Part shown: piece by piece, positions 8,931 through 18,253 of the stretch
Layout of the letters: each line of letters opens with the position of its first letter
Numbering within the stretch: the stretch's first letter is position 1
Assembly: GCA_965222805.1 (NCBI GenBank)
Contig: CBDCUX010000005.1
Coordinates: 4,068,770-4,132,769 of the forward strand
Direction of reading: 5' to 3'
DNA length: 64,000 nt
Source: Candidatus Poribacteria bacterium
Lineage (GTDB): Bacteria; Poribacteria; WGA-4E; PCPOR2b
Made by a program: the position numbers and the translations under genes
The notes under the pieces: generated by a model
Told to the model about the DNA's origin: nothing
Databases searched by the model: none
Seen by the model: only the letters and a program-made list of their open reading frames with translations

Positions 8931-10880
8931 TTAAAACCACGTTGTGTACAGGGGTGTTCCTAGAATGATACTCAGCAGTCCCCAATAGGTGCCGACGATG
9001 AAATCTCCGACCACCAATCCCATGAAGAAGGGCAAAATCTTCCTATAGGTTTTTACTCCACCGTGTCTCAGGACCAGCAGTTTGATCAGCCAGCAGACGA
9101 ACAAGGCGAACCAATAAACGTCAATTGTGCCAGAACTGACGCCCAGAATATATCCACCCGGATGGAATGGGAACCATAGAAAGCGCATTCGCATCCATGA
9201 CATCCACATAGAAAAGACCAGCGATCCACCAATGATACTGCCGCCGACTGGGTCCGGCGAACGTGGATACTGCAACCACCCGCCGAGGCTATTGTAAGCC
9301 TGCCAACCTGCACCCAGCAATTCCCCTGCGGTTGAAGCACCGTATTGATAGAGTACGACGGGGAAGATCCAGAATGAAACCAGAAGACCGACAAGCAAAG
9401 AGATCATCATCGCCCAGAATAGGCGGCTGGTGCTCGCGTGGGTGCGTTCTGCCGACTTAAATCCCTCCAGTTGATGCGGCATCGGGTGGCTACGGTTGTA
9501 TCGGTTGAACCAGAAAAGCAGGGAGAACATGGTTAGATTGGCTGTGCCGAGTCTTCGTGTCCCAAATGCTGCGACGAGAATAACTTGTGGGTTTACCAAT
9601 CGAATCGGATGCAAGGGGGGACCGAGCTCCGCTCGCATTCGTGTCAATGCGGTGGCGATCATGAAGTAAAGCGCGAAGAACAGTGGCACGAGCCATTGGG
9701 ACATCCCCAAGTGGCTGCAGAACACCATCAGGGCAATCATGCCGCCGATTAAACAGAGTACCGCAGTTCGATAGCGCATTGGTTCGTCTGTGTCGTCAAG
9801 CGTAGATTGGAGCCCAATGACTTTTCTAAAAACGTCGGTGAAGTGTCGGCGGCCTAGGTAGAGTGCTGTGATGCAAAGTCCAATCATAGCGCCGGTGGCT
9901 TGTTCGCCAAAGAATGGATATTGTGGGATAGTGCTCCAGCCAACCATCGCACCGACCAATCGCTCCAGTTTACGGAATAGGAAGAAGAACCACGTCGAAA
10001 AGGTGAGATCTAAGGGGATTAGGAATGAGAGTCCAATCAGAAATGGATAGAATCGCAGCGGCAGTGTGCCGATAGCATTCCACGGCTCCTCGTTAAAATA
10101 GACACCTAGATCGTAGTTTGGTTCTTTTATCGGTATGCGCGGCACGCTCGGATAGAGGAAGTTGAGTCCGTTGAGAAGGCTTATCACCCCAGCGACGGTG
10201 AATCCTATCCACATCATCCGGTTGCGGAAGAAACCGGAGCGTAAATCGGTCATCTCCAGCGGAATCTGAATAATTGGATAGGCGAGTCGCTCGTTTTCAA
10301 TCCACTGTTTTCTGAGAATAACATTGATGCAGAGCAGCATAAAGAAAAGGACAGCAAGCAGAAAGGACCAACCGATGGCAGGCTTAATCCAGAATCGATA
10401 GTAGCCGCTCGCAAAGAAATCGGATTCGCCTCTGTAGAAATAGTTCACCGCATTGGGGTCACGGATAACGAGCAGATCAGGGAGATGTTTGTGGAAAAGC
10501 GCTGCCCACTCGTTTTCTGGGGTGGCGTAGAAGAAGGCGTGCGTAAGGACCCCCATCATGCAGACCATGTTGTCGTGCGCGGTGTATGCTGTGGTTGCAG
10601 AAAGGGTCGTATAAATCATCAACAATTCTGCTTGCGAAAATGGATTTCTTGACAAAAACCGTCCAGCGATTTTGTTGAGGAGAATTAAGAAAAAGAGAAA
10701 AAAGATAGAGAGTTGCGGCAGGGACATTGATGTCCAGTGGAGGGAATGCCATATCATCTCCTCAAGGGCTACCAGATACGCACACAATGGCATCAGCAGC
10801 AATCCAAACAGAATCGATTTTATTGAAATACGAGAGGCGTCTGGCTGTTTAGCCTCACCATTTTCGTTCAGGTTCATCAC
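8931..10880 (-). CDS. Polytopic integral membrane protein, unknown family (paralog B)
   Basis: 649-aa ORF, collinear with paralog A across its whole length (shared WHSLHWTSMSLPQLSIFF... N-terminus and identical C-terminus GDFIVGTYWGLLSIIL.TPLYTTWF). Confidence 0.6.
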   Translation of the reverse strand: MMNLNENGEAKQPDASRISIKSILFGLLLMPLCAYLVALEEMIWHSLHWTSMSLPQLSIFFLFFLILLNKIAGRFLSRNPFSQAELLMIYTTLSATTAYTAHDNMVCMMGVLTHAFFYATPENEWAALFHKHLPDLLVIRDPNAVNYFYRGESDFFASGYYRFWIKPAIGWSFLLAVLFFMLLCINVILRKQWIENERLAYPIIQIPLEMTDLRSGFFRNRMMWIGFTVAGVISLLNGLNFLYPSVPRIPIKEPNYDLGVYFNEEPWNAIGTLPLRFYPFLIGLSFLIPLDLTFSTWFFFLFRKLERLVGAMVGWSTIPQYPFFGEQATGAMIGLCITALYLGRRHFTDVFRKVIGLQSTLDDTDEPMRYRTAVLCLIGGMIALMVFCSHLGMSQWLVPLFFALYFMIATALTRMRAELGPPLHPIRLVNPQVILVAAFGTRRLGTANLTMFSLLFWFNRYNRSHPMPHQLEGFKSAERTHASTSRLFWAMMISLLVGLLVSFWIFPVVLYQYGASTAGELLGAGWQAYNSLGGWLQYPRSPDPVGGSIIGGSLVFSMWMSWMRMRFLWFPFHPGGYILGVSSGTIDVYWFALFVCWLIKLLVLRHGGVKTYRKILPFFMGLVVGDFIVGTYWGLLSIILGTPLYTTWF

Positions 10881-11035
10881 TTCCTTATCGTGATTTGGGG
10901 GTTCACATGGTAAAACGGTTTTGAGTCATATTAAGAAATTGTGCAACTTGGGGTGAGCAGATGTAAATCGAGGGTTGATGTAGGTTTCAACGATCGTTGA
11001 AACCTACAAAATTCCGATCATTGTGCATCAACGTG

Positions 11036-12133
11036 CTAGGGTTGTTTAAGTTTTCCCCAGAGTGTCGTTAGCTTGTCTTGTGGAGAGACAGACAGTGCCC
11101 CCGGTGTATATTCGTAAATTGATGGGAACGATTGTACCCCCGCTCGGCCGCCCGGCACATAAATCTTGCCTCCTGCTACGGTGGCAGGGACCCCGGCTCT
11201 CCCTCGCGGTAGCGGAACGGCTTCATCGATGACCCATTCGTCGAGGGCTGGGTTGTAAACATCCACCCTTTTAAGAACTTCATCGTTGCTACCGTCGCTA
11301 AATGTGGACAGGCCGCCGATTGCGAAGATTCGACTGCTCAAAGTTGTAATTCCAAAAAGGGCTTTTTGCACTGGCATCGGTTTCTTGGCTTCCCATGTAT
11401 CTGTCGCCGGATCGTAGACTTCGATAACATTCAGGACCTCTTCAAGATTCCATCCGCCGATTGCATAAATCTTTCCCTGAAGCACAGCGGCCCCCAGACC
11501 GCCTCTTGGTGTTGGCATATCCCTTTTCTGATCAAAGGTATCTTCTTTCGGATCATACTCGAAAACGGTGCCGTACACCTCTTTCTGTGCGCCTCTATCC
11601 CATCCACCGATTACATAGATTTTGTCACCAACCACAGCCGCGGAAGTCGCCGCAAGTGCTTTGGGCAACTTCGCTAGTTTTTTCCACGCGCCTCGTTCTC
11701 CCGCCTCTGGATTGAATACTTCTACTGCATCAAGAACTTTGCCGCCACGCCTTGAGGCACCTCCAAACACATAAATCATACCATCGAACGTAACAGCCGC
11801 CATGCGTGCTCTTGTTGTTGGCATACTTCTCTTCGGTGCCCATGTATTGGTCACTGGGTCATACGCTTGGACGCGGTCTAGTGTCAGGTCACCGGGGTTC
11901 GGAATGTGCGGTGCTCGGTTGACTTCAATCCCGCCGATGACGTAGACTTTGCCGTCGACGCTGGCAGCAGCCGCACAACACCTTGATGACTCTGGCATGT
12001 TTTCTCTTCTTTCCCATTTGTCATCTGCTGCCAAACTACTACCGGTTATGGCTAACAGACCAATCAGGGTCAAGCCTGCGAAAAGGCACATGACATTGGG
12101 TTTCATGTCATGTGTTAGTTTATTTATTATCAT
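11036..12133 (-). CDS. Secreted Kelch-repeat beta-propeller protein
   Basis: Signal peptide, then six Kelch-type blades with a recurring GG motif (KVYVIGG, MIYVFGG, KIYVIGGW, KIYAIGGW, RIFAIGG, KIYVPGG). AAGGAG RBS upstream. Confidence 0.85.
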   Translation of the reverse strand: MIINKLTHDMKPNVMCLFAGLTLIGLLAITGSSLAADDKWERRENMPESSRCCAAAASVDGKVYVIGGIEVNRAPHIPNPGDLTLDRVQAYDPVTNTWAPKRSMPTTRARMAAVTFDGMIYVFGGASRRGGKVLDAVEVFNPEAGERGAWKKLAKLPKALAATSAAVVGDKIYVIGGWDRGAQKEVYGTVFEYDPKEDTFDQKRDMPTPRGGLGAAVLQGKIYAIGGWNLEEVLNVIEVYDPATDTWEAKKPMPVQKALFGITTLSSRIFAIGGLSTFSDGSNDEVLKRVDVYNPALDEWVIDEAVPLPRGRAGVPATVAGGKIYVPGGRAGVQSFPSIYEYTPGALSVSPQDKLTTLWGKLKQP

Positions 12134-12232
12134 ATTTATCTCCTTTTTCAGCGTTTATGCTGGGTTGGGCACAATTGTATACCTGTTTCCCAGCATCAAC
12201 AGTATCCACGCTTCTGGGTCAGGGGAATTCGG
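12134..12232 (-). pseudogene. Decayed remnant of a T9SS-type C-terminal sorting domain, immediately downstream of the stop codon of PD40 paralog 1
   Basis: The reverse-strand translation that continues past the stop reads LSKN*PNSPDPEAWILLMLGNRYTIVPNPA. This is homologous to LMQNFPNPFNPETWIPYYLANAATVTVRIY at the start of the CTD in paralogs 2-5. Confidence 0.55.
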
Positions 12233-13405
12233 CTAGTTTTTCGACAGCGCGCTACGCTTGACTTCGCCAAGGGTTGTAAAACGCTTCTGTTGTGGTTCGA
12301 CAGAACGGAGCTCGAAGACTGGATTCCATCTGGCAAAGGTATCGTTTCCGTCGGGATTGTTGCTGATATTTCTTAGCCCACCGCCGTTGGCGTCCATGAG
12401 GTACACTTCTCGGTTTCCATCTCGTCTCGACTCAAACAGGATTCTGCTCCCCTTGGGTGACGAGACTGGATAACTGTCGGTCCCGGGATCGTTTGTCAGA
12501 TTGACCTTATTATTGCCATCAGGATCCATGCGGTAAATTTCCCAGTTCCCATCCCGCTGAGTTTCAAAGAAGATGCCGCTTGTCGACCAATTAGGTCGTC
12601 TGTCGGTTTTCTCGTGGTCCGTCAACCGTATCAGATTGTTTCCATCAATATCGATAACATAGAGTTCTGCATTGCCATCTCGCTTCGATTGAAAGACGAT
12701 CTGCATCCCATCAGGTGAAAAACGACCCCACTCATCTGGTGCAATATGATTGGTGAGATTGAGCTGATTTTTACCGACCTCCCTTCCTGCTGCGTCGGCA
12801 ATAAAGATATCGAATTGAGATACATTGTCAATCAAATCACGATTGCTTTCAAAAACAACTTTTGTTCCGTCGGGCGACCAAGAGCCTTTCTGGTCCTTGT
12901 TGATACCCTCGCCCTCTGCATTTGCTATATTAACCAACTCTCCCGGTTTGTTATCGTTGCCCAAGGTCAGGAGGCCGACATCCCAACTTGCTGCCTGCGG
13001 CAGTTCCTGCGAATACACAAGGATGCGTGGATCGCCTTTCGGTGCGAATATGGGTTCATTTAATTTTGCACCGAGGGCTTTTCCTGTGAAATCTTGATCT
13101 TTTGGCTTTTGTGGATCTGTCATATCTACGATACGCAAATCAAATCGCTCCCCGCCTCGGATATTTGCACTGTAGACGATCAACGTGCCATCGGGCGACC
13201 AGTCAGGGGTTAGCGTTTTCACCTTATGATTTGTGAGTTGCACAACCTCATCATTATCGAACACCACACAAACTTCACTGCCGGCACCACGATCGCAGAG
13301 GAAAGATGCCATTGGCACCTGTGCCAATGCGGTGCTGACACTTAGGTAAACAAGAGAGACTAACAGAAAGCCCCCCCAAAATATAATAGAGTTTTTAACA
13401 AACAT
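12233..13405 (-). CDS. Secreted PD40/TolB-like beta-propeller protein, paralog 1 (CTD lost)
   Basis: ATG at 13405 with AAGGAG RBS. Signal peptide followed by the conserved mature N-terminus AQVPMASFLCDR. WSPDG / RDGN.E(I/L)Y PD40 repeats. Ends at ...TTLGEVKRSAL, where the paralogs continue into the sorting domain. Confidence 0.8.
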   Translation of the reverse strand: MFVKNSIIFWGGFLLVSLVYLSVSTALAQVPMASFLCDRGAGSEVCVVFDNDEVVQLTNHKVKTLTPDWSPDGTLIVYSANIRGGERFDLRIVDMTDPQKPKDQDFTGKALGAKLNEPIFAPKGDPRILVYSQELPQAASWDVGLLTLGNDNKPGELVNIANAEGEGINKDQKGSWSPDGTKVVFESNRDLIDNVSQFDIFIADAAGREVGKNQLNLTNHIAPDEWGRFSPDGMQIVFQSKRDGNAELYVIDIDGNNLIRLTDHEKTDRRPNWSTSGIFFETQRDGNWEIYRMDPDGNNKVNLTNDPGTDSYPVSSPKGSRILFESRRDGNREVYLMDANGGGLRNISNNPDGNDTFARWNPVFELRSVEPQQKRFTTLGEVKRSALSKN

Positions 13406-13562
13406 TGTTTTCTCCTTTAGGTCAGATTGGGAATTTAGAGTTTGGGAAAGAAACTTGAATTGCAAAGCAAATAGCGGCGGAAAGGGATCGAGCGTCCCCA
13501 ATGTGTAAGGCGTTAACTATCGCGGCAAACGCAATAGGTTCGCCGGAGTTTCCAGCGGACTG

Positions 13563-15005
13563 CTACTTCATGAGTACCATTCGTTTTGTTTCGGAGAAGT
13601 CGTCAGCGACAAGTTGGTAGAAATAAACCCCACTTGCCACGGATTGTCCGGTGTCGTCCCTGCCATCCCAGTAGGCTGCGCTCTGTCTGCCCGTGTAAGC
13701 TCCTGCTGCCTGTTTTCCAACATTGATGGAGCGAATTAACTCGCCCTTGACGTTGTAGATTCGCACAGTTACAGTAGCAGCATTGGCGAGATAGTAGGGT
13801 ATCCACGTTTCAGGATTGAAAGGGTTGGGGAAATTTTGCATCAAACTGGTGCGTTTGATGTCTCCAAGGGTCGTGAAGTATTTGCTTTGTGGCTCAACCG
13901 AACGGAGTTCAAAGACTGGATTCCATCTGGCGTCTGTGTCATTCTCAGGATGATTCGTGAGATTCCTCAGACCGGCACCATCGGCTTGTATGAAGTATAT
14001 TTCCCGCTTTCCATCACGTTTAGATTCAAATAAGATTCGCGTCCCTTTAGGTGACCAGATAGGTTTACTATCACTTTTAGGGTCATTGCTGAGGTTGACT
14101 TGATTGTTTCCATTGGGATCGGACCGATAAATCTCATAGTTGCCATCGCGGTTAGTTTCAAAGACGATGCCGCCGGGAGACCATTCAGCTCTTCGATCGG
14201 TCTTGTCATTTTCGGTAATCCGCGTAAGATTTTCGCCATCAATGCCTACGGTATAGATTTCCCAATTACCGTCTCGCTTTGATTCAAACACGACTGCTGT
14301 TCCATCAGGCGACCACCGTGCGCGCTGGTCGGGTGCCTCATGATCGGTGAGGTTAATCTGATTTTTTCCGGCACCCCGTTTTTCTGCGTCAGCGACGAAA
14401 ATATCGAACTGGGCTCTGTCGTTAATTTTACTGCGCTCGCTCTCAAAAACGATCTTGGTTCCGTCAGGAGACCAGGAGCCCTCCAAATCCGCTGTGATCC
14501 CTTCGCCCTCTGCATTCGAGATGTTGATCAGGGCATCCGCTTTTCCTTTTGCATCTAATGTGAGCATGCCTATATCCCAACCGTTGGGGTCTGGAAGGCC
14601 TGTGGAAAAGACAAGAATCCGTGGGTTGCCAGCCGGTGCCCATCGGGGTCCGGACAGTTTTATTCCGGGTCCGTCGGGCGGTCCTGTCAGGTCTATCTGT
14701 TTCGGTTTTTGCGGGTCGGTGAGATCTATAAGAAAGAGATCGAAGTTCTCGGCACCACGCACATTGGAATCGAACGCGATGTAATTTCCATCGGGCGACC
14801 ACTCGGGTGTAAACACCTTGGCTTTATTCTTTGTGAGTTGCTTAACCTCCCCGTTGTCATACAGAAGATAGACCTCATCGTCACCGGTGCGGTCGGAGAG
14901 GAAAGATGCCATTGGCACCTGTGCCAGTGTGGTGTTTACGCTCAGAGAGACAAGCAGGCCGAATAAAAGGCTTCCCCAAGATGGTATAGAGTATTTACCA
15001 AACAT
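13563..15005 (-). CDS. Secreted PD40/TolB-like beta-propeller protein with T9SS-type C-terminal sorting domain (Por_Secre_tail / FlgD-Ig-like), paralog 2
   Basis: Signal peptide plus AQVPMASFLSDR. Multiple PD40 repeats (WSPDGTKIVFES, RDGNWEIY). C-terminus NFPNPFNPETWIPYYL...VTVRIYNVKGELIRS...GVYFYQL...KRMVLMK matches the T9SS type A CTD consensus. Confidence 0.85.
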   Translation of the reverse strand: MFGKYSIPSWGSLLFGLLVSLSVNTTLAQVPMASFLSDRTGDDEVYLLYDNGEVKQLTKNKAKVFTPEWSPDGNYIAFDSNVRGAENFDLFLIDLTDPQKPKQIDLTGPPDGPGIKLSGPRWAPAGNPRILVFSTGLPDPNGWDIGMLTLDAKGKADALINISNAEGEGITADLEGSWSPDGTKIVFESERSKINDRAQFDIFVADAEKRGAGKNQINLTDHEAPDQRARWSPDGTAVVFESKRDGNWEIYTVGIDGENLTRITENDKTDRRAEWSPGGIVFETNRDGNYEIYRSDPNGNNQVNLSNDPKSDSKPIWSPKGTRILFESKRDGKREIYFIQADGAGLRNLTNHPENDTDARWNPVFELRSVEPQSKYFTTLGDIKRTSLMQNFPNPFNPETWIPYYLANAATVTVRIYNVKGELIRSINVGKQAAGAYTGRQSAAYWDGRDDTGQSVASGVYFYQLVADDFSETKRMVLMK

Positions 15006-15046
15006 AAGCTTTCTTCTTGCTTCCTTCTAGTAATTCTTACGTGGTC

Positions 15047-16453
15047 CTACTTCAAAAGTACCATTCGTCGTGTTTCGGAGAAGTCATCAGCTAAAAGCTG
15101 GTAAAAATAAACCCCGCTCGCCACGGACTGTCCGGTGTCGTCTTTACCATTCCAGTAGACTGCACTCTGTTTGCCCGTGTAAGCCCCTGCCGGCTGTTTT
15201 CCAACATTGATGGAGCGAATTAACTCGCCCTTGATGTTGTAGATTCGCACGGTTACAGTAGCGGCATCGGCGAGATAGTAGGGAATCCATGTTTCAGGAT
15301 TGAAAGGGTTGGGGAAATTTTGCATCAGGCTGGTGTGTTTGATGTCTCCAAGGGTCGTGAAGTGCTTATCCTGCGGTTCGACAGGACGCAAGAAATAAAC
15401 CGGATTCCATCTACCAAAGAAGTCCTTCTCGGGATTGTTCGTGAGGTTCTTCACGGCGCCGCCATCGGTATCCATGAGGTACAGTTCTGTATTCTTATCC
15501 CGTCTGGACTCAAATAAGACCTTTTGCCCATTGGGGGACAAGAGCGGATTTGCGTCTTTTCCTGGGTCATTGGTCAGATTGGTTTGATTGTTCCCATCGA
15601 GCTCCATCCCATAAATCTCCCAGTTTCCATCCCGCTTACTTTCAAAGACAATGCTGCTTTTTAGCCACTCGACATTTCGGTCGGTCTCATCATTATCGGT
15701 TAACTGCTTGAGGTTTTCTCCATCGGCGTCCATGACGAAGATTTCCCAATCGCCGTCTCTATTCGATTCAAAGAGAATCTTCGTCCCGTCCGGCGACCAG
15801 CGCGGGCGCTGGTCACCGGCGTCGTGCTTGGTGAGCAGCACCTGGTCGACGCCGGGTTTCCGGGTCGTCATATCCGCGATGACGATATCGAATGCGCCGC
15901 GCGGCCAAGCCACACGCCCACCATGAAAAGCTATCTTTGTCCCATCAGGGGACCAGGAGGCCTCGCGATCTTGGCCTTCTCCCTCGCCCGCCGCATTTGC
16001 CACATTGAAAGCGACGACATCATCTTCCTCGAAATCTAGCATGCCGACATCCCAATGGAGGGCGTTTGGCAGACCACCAAGCGACTCAACGAGCAGACGC
16101 TGCTCGCCCGTGGGCGACCATCGGGGTTTTTGCCATATTCCCCCAAACTTTCCCTGCATCAGGTCTGTCTGGTCTTTGTTTTTCACATCTATCGTATAGA
16201 TTTCAAAGCTTTCTCCGCCCCGTATATTACTGGTGAAGGCAATTGTCTGTCCATCTGGAGACCAATCGAAATCAGTCGTTTTGGCCTTGTTCTTTGTGAG
16301 TTGTTCAACATCGCCATTATTGAACAGGAGATAGATCTCTGGATCGCCGGATCTGCCTGAAAGAAAGGCTATCATTGGCACCTGCGCGTATGCTGCACCG
16401 ATACATAGGAGGGCTAAGCTTCCCACTAGGGTAATGATACCTTTGCGTGACAT
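15047..16453 (-). CDS. Secreted PD40/TolB-like beta-propeller protein with T9SS-type CTD, paralog 3 (the most divergent propeller)
   Basis: Start MSRKGIITLVGS at 16453 with AAGGAG RBS. AQVPMIAFLSGR N-terminus, PD40 repeats, conserved CTD ...NFPNPFNPETWIPYYLADAATVTVRIYNIKGE... Confidence 0.85.
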   Translation of the reverse strand: MSRKGIITLVGSLALLCIGAAYAQVPMIAFLSGRSGDPEIYLLFNNGDVEQLTKNKAKTTDFDWSPDGQTIAFTSNIRGGESFEIYTIDVKNKDQTDLMQGKFGGIWQKPRWSPTGEQRLLVESLGGLPNALHWDVGMLDFEEDDVVAFNVANAAGEGEGQDREASWSPDGTKIAFHGGRVAWPRGAFDIVIADMTTRKPGVDQVLLTKHDAGDQRPRWSPDGTKILFESNRDGDWEIFVMDADGENLKQLTDNDETDRNVEWLKSSIVFESKRDGNWEIYGMELDGNNQTNLTNDPGKDANPLLSPNGQKVLFESRRDKNTELYLMDTDGGAVKNLTNNPEKDFFGRWNPVYFLRPVEPQDKHFTTLGDIKHTSLMQNFPNPFNPETWIPYYLADAATVTVRIYNIKGELIRSINVGKQPAGAYTGKQSAVYWNGKDDTGQSVASGVYFYQLLADDFSETRRMVLLK

Positions 16454-16501
16454 TGTTAGGCTCCTTTTCAAGTGCTCCTACCCCATCCTTTGCAAGCCCT
16501 C

Positions 16502-17929
16502 CTATTTCATCACTACCATTCGTCGAGTTTCGGAGAAGTCATCAGCCAAAAGCTGATAGAAATAAACCCCACTCGCCACGGATTGTCCGGTGTCGTCTTT
16601 ACCATCCCAGTAAACTGCATGCTGTCGGCTCGTGTAAGCCCCTGCCGGCTGTTTTCCAACATTGATGGAGCGTATTGACTCACCCTTGACGTTGTAGATC
16701 CGCACGGTTACAGTAGCGGCATCGGCGAGATAGTAGGGAATCCATGTTTCAGGATTGAACGGGTTAGGGAAATTTTGCATCAAACTGGTGCGTTTGATGT
16801 CTCCAAGGGTCGTGAAGTATTTGCTTTGTGGCTCAACCGAACGGAGTTCAAACTGAGGATTCCATCTTGCATCTGTGTCATTCTCAGGATGATTCGTGAG
16901 ATTCCTCAGACCGGCACCATCGGCTTGTATGAAGTATATCTCTCGCTTTCCATCACGTTTGGACTCAAATAAAATTCGCGTCCCTTTGGCGGACCAAATG
17001 GGTTTACTATCACTTTTTTCGTGGTTGCTGAGATTAACTTGGTTGTTTCCATCGGGATCGGACCGATAAATCTCATAGTTGCCATCGCGGTTAGTTTCAA
17101 AAACGATGCCGCCGGGAGACCATTCAGCTCTTCGATCGGTCTTGTCATTTTCGGTAATCCGCGTAAGATTTTCGCCATCAATGCCTACGGTATAGATTTC
17201 CCAGTTGCCATCGCGCTTCGATTGAAACACGACCGCTGTTCCATCAGGCGACCACCGTGCGCGCTGGTCGGGTGCCTCATGATCGGTAAGATTTATCTGA
17301 TTTTTTCCGATAGCTCGTTTTTCTACATCAGCGACGAAAATATCGAACTGGGCTCTCTCTAAAACTTTCTTGCGCTCGCTCTCAAAAACGATCTTGGTTC
17401 CGTCAGGAGACCAAGAGGCTTCCAGATCTTGTCCGGCTGCTTCGCCATCTACGTTTGTGATGTTAATCAGCTCATCCACTTTGCCTTTTGCATCTAAGGT
17501 CAAGAGCCCTATATCCCAGCCGTTGGCGTTTGGTAGTCCTGCGGCGTAGACAATAAGCCGCAGGTCACCGGCAGGCGCCCATCGGGGTCCAGACAGTTTT
17601 AGTCCCGGTCCATCGGGCGGGCCTGTTAGGTTTGTCTGTTTCGGTTTTTGCGGGTCGGTGAGATCTATTAGAAACACGTCAAAGTTCTCTTCACCGCGCA
17701 CATTGGCATCGAAAGCAATGAATTCACCATCGGGCGACCATTCGGGAGTAAACACCTTGACTTTATTATTTGTGAGTTGCTTAATCTCTCCGTTGTCATA
17801 CAGAAGATAAACCTCATCGTCACCGGTGCGGTCAGAGAGGAAAGATGCCATTGGCACTTGAGCGTATGTGGAACCGATGAACAGGAGAAGTAAGCTTCCC
17901 ACTAGGGTGGTAATACCTTTGCGTGACAT
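16502..17929 (-). CDS. Secreted PD40/TolB-like beta-propeller protein with T9SS-type CTD, paralog 4
   Basis: Start MSRKGITTLVGS at 17929 with AAGGAG RBS. The C-terminal roughly 300 aa are nearly identical to paralog 2 at the DNA level. Confidence 0.85.
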   Translation of the reverse strand: MSRKGITTLVGSLLLLFIGSTYAQVPMASFLSDRTGDDEVYLLYDNGEIKQLTNNKVKVFTPEWSPDGEFIAFDANVRGEENFDVFLIDLTDPQKPKQTNLTGPPDGPGLKLSGPRWAPAGDLRLIVYAAGLPNANGWDIGLLTLDAKGKVDELINITNVDGEAAGQDLEASWSPDGTKIVFESERKKVLERAQFDIFVADVEKRAIGKNQINLTDHEAPDQRARWSPDGTAVVFQSKRDGNWEIYTVGIDGENLTRITENDKTDRRAEWSPGGIVFETNRDGNYEIYRSDPDGNNQVNLSNHEKSDSKPIWSAKGTRILFESKRDGKREIYFIQADGAGLRNLTNHPENDTDARWNPQFELRSVEPQSKYFTTLGDIKRTSLMQNFPNPFNPETWIPYYLADAATVTVRIYNVKGESIRSINVGKQPAGAYTSRQHAVYWDGKDDTGQSVASGVYFYQLLADDFSETRRMVVMK

Positions 17930-18074
17930 TATTAGCTCCTTTCCAAGCCCCAGAGCAGTTGCATGTAAATATTGTGTAGGACGGACGCACCCCAATTCCA
18001 AAAATCATGTCCGACTTCGGACTGCGTTATGATAGGACTTTGGCATACGACAATGAAAATCCAATCGCGGCATA

Positions 18075-18109
18075 GGTTTCCAACCCCAATTCATTGGGGT
18101 TAGGAAACC
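18075..18109. repeat. Perfect hairpin GGTTTCCAACCCCAAT-TCA-TTGGGGTTAGGAAACC, within a structured 250-bp intergenic region inside the PD40 array
   Basis: A 15-bp inverted repeat read directly. The neighbouring palindromes GTCCGACTTCGGAC (about 18022) and CCCGATCTATCGGGG (about 18150) are nested inside the imperfect inverted repeat GTTGCAGCGCAG...CTGCGCTACAAC. Confidence 0.6.
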
Positions 18110-18253
18110 CTGATTTCATCGCGGACAGGTTGCAGCGCAGCTACAATCCCGATCTATCGGGGTTCTGCGCTACAACGGGGGTTAACCCAAGGTTCTGATT
18201 GCTCAACTGCCTAATTCCTAATAACAGATGCAATTCAGCTATTCCAAGCCCTC

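Noticed and set aside
7180-9696. Multiple 60-140 aa ORFs on both strands within the two large membrane-protein genes
   Set aside because: All are embedded in long, paralog-conserved minus-strand ORFs and have no RBS or conservation of their own
13836-17362. Conserved plus-strand ORFs inside the PD40 paralogs, for example 13836-14033 versus 16775-16972 and 14100-14282 versus 17021-17362, which encode near-identical peptides
   Set aside because: They lie antisense to the long minus-strand propeller genes. They are conserved only because the sense-strand genes are near-identical duplicates. They are shadow ORFs, not genes
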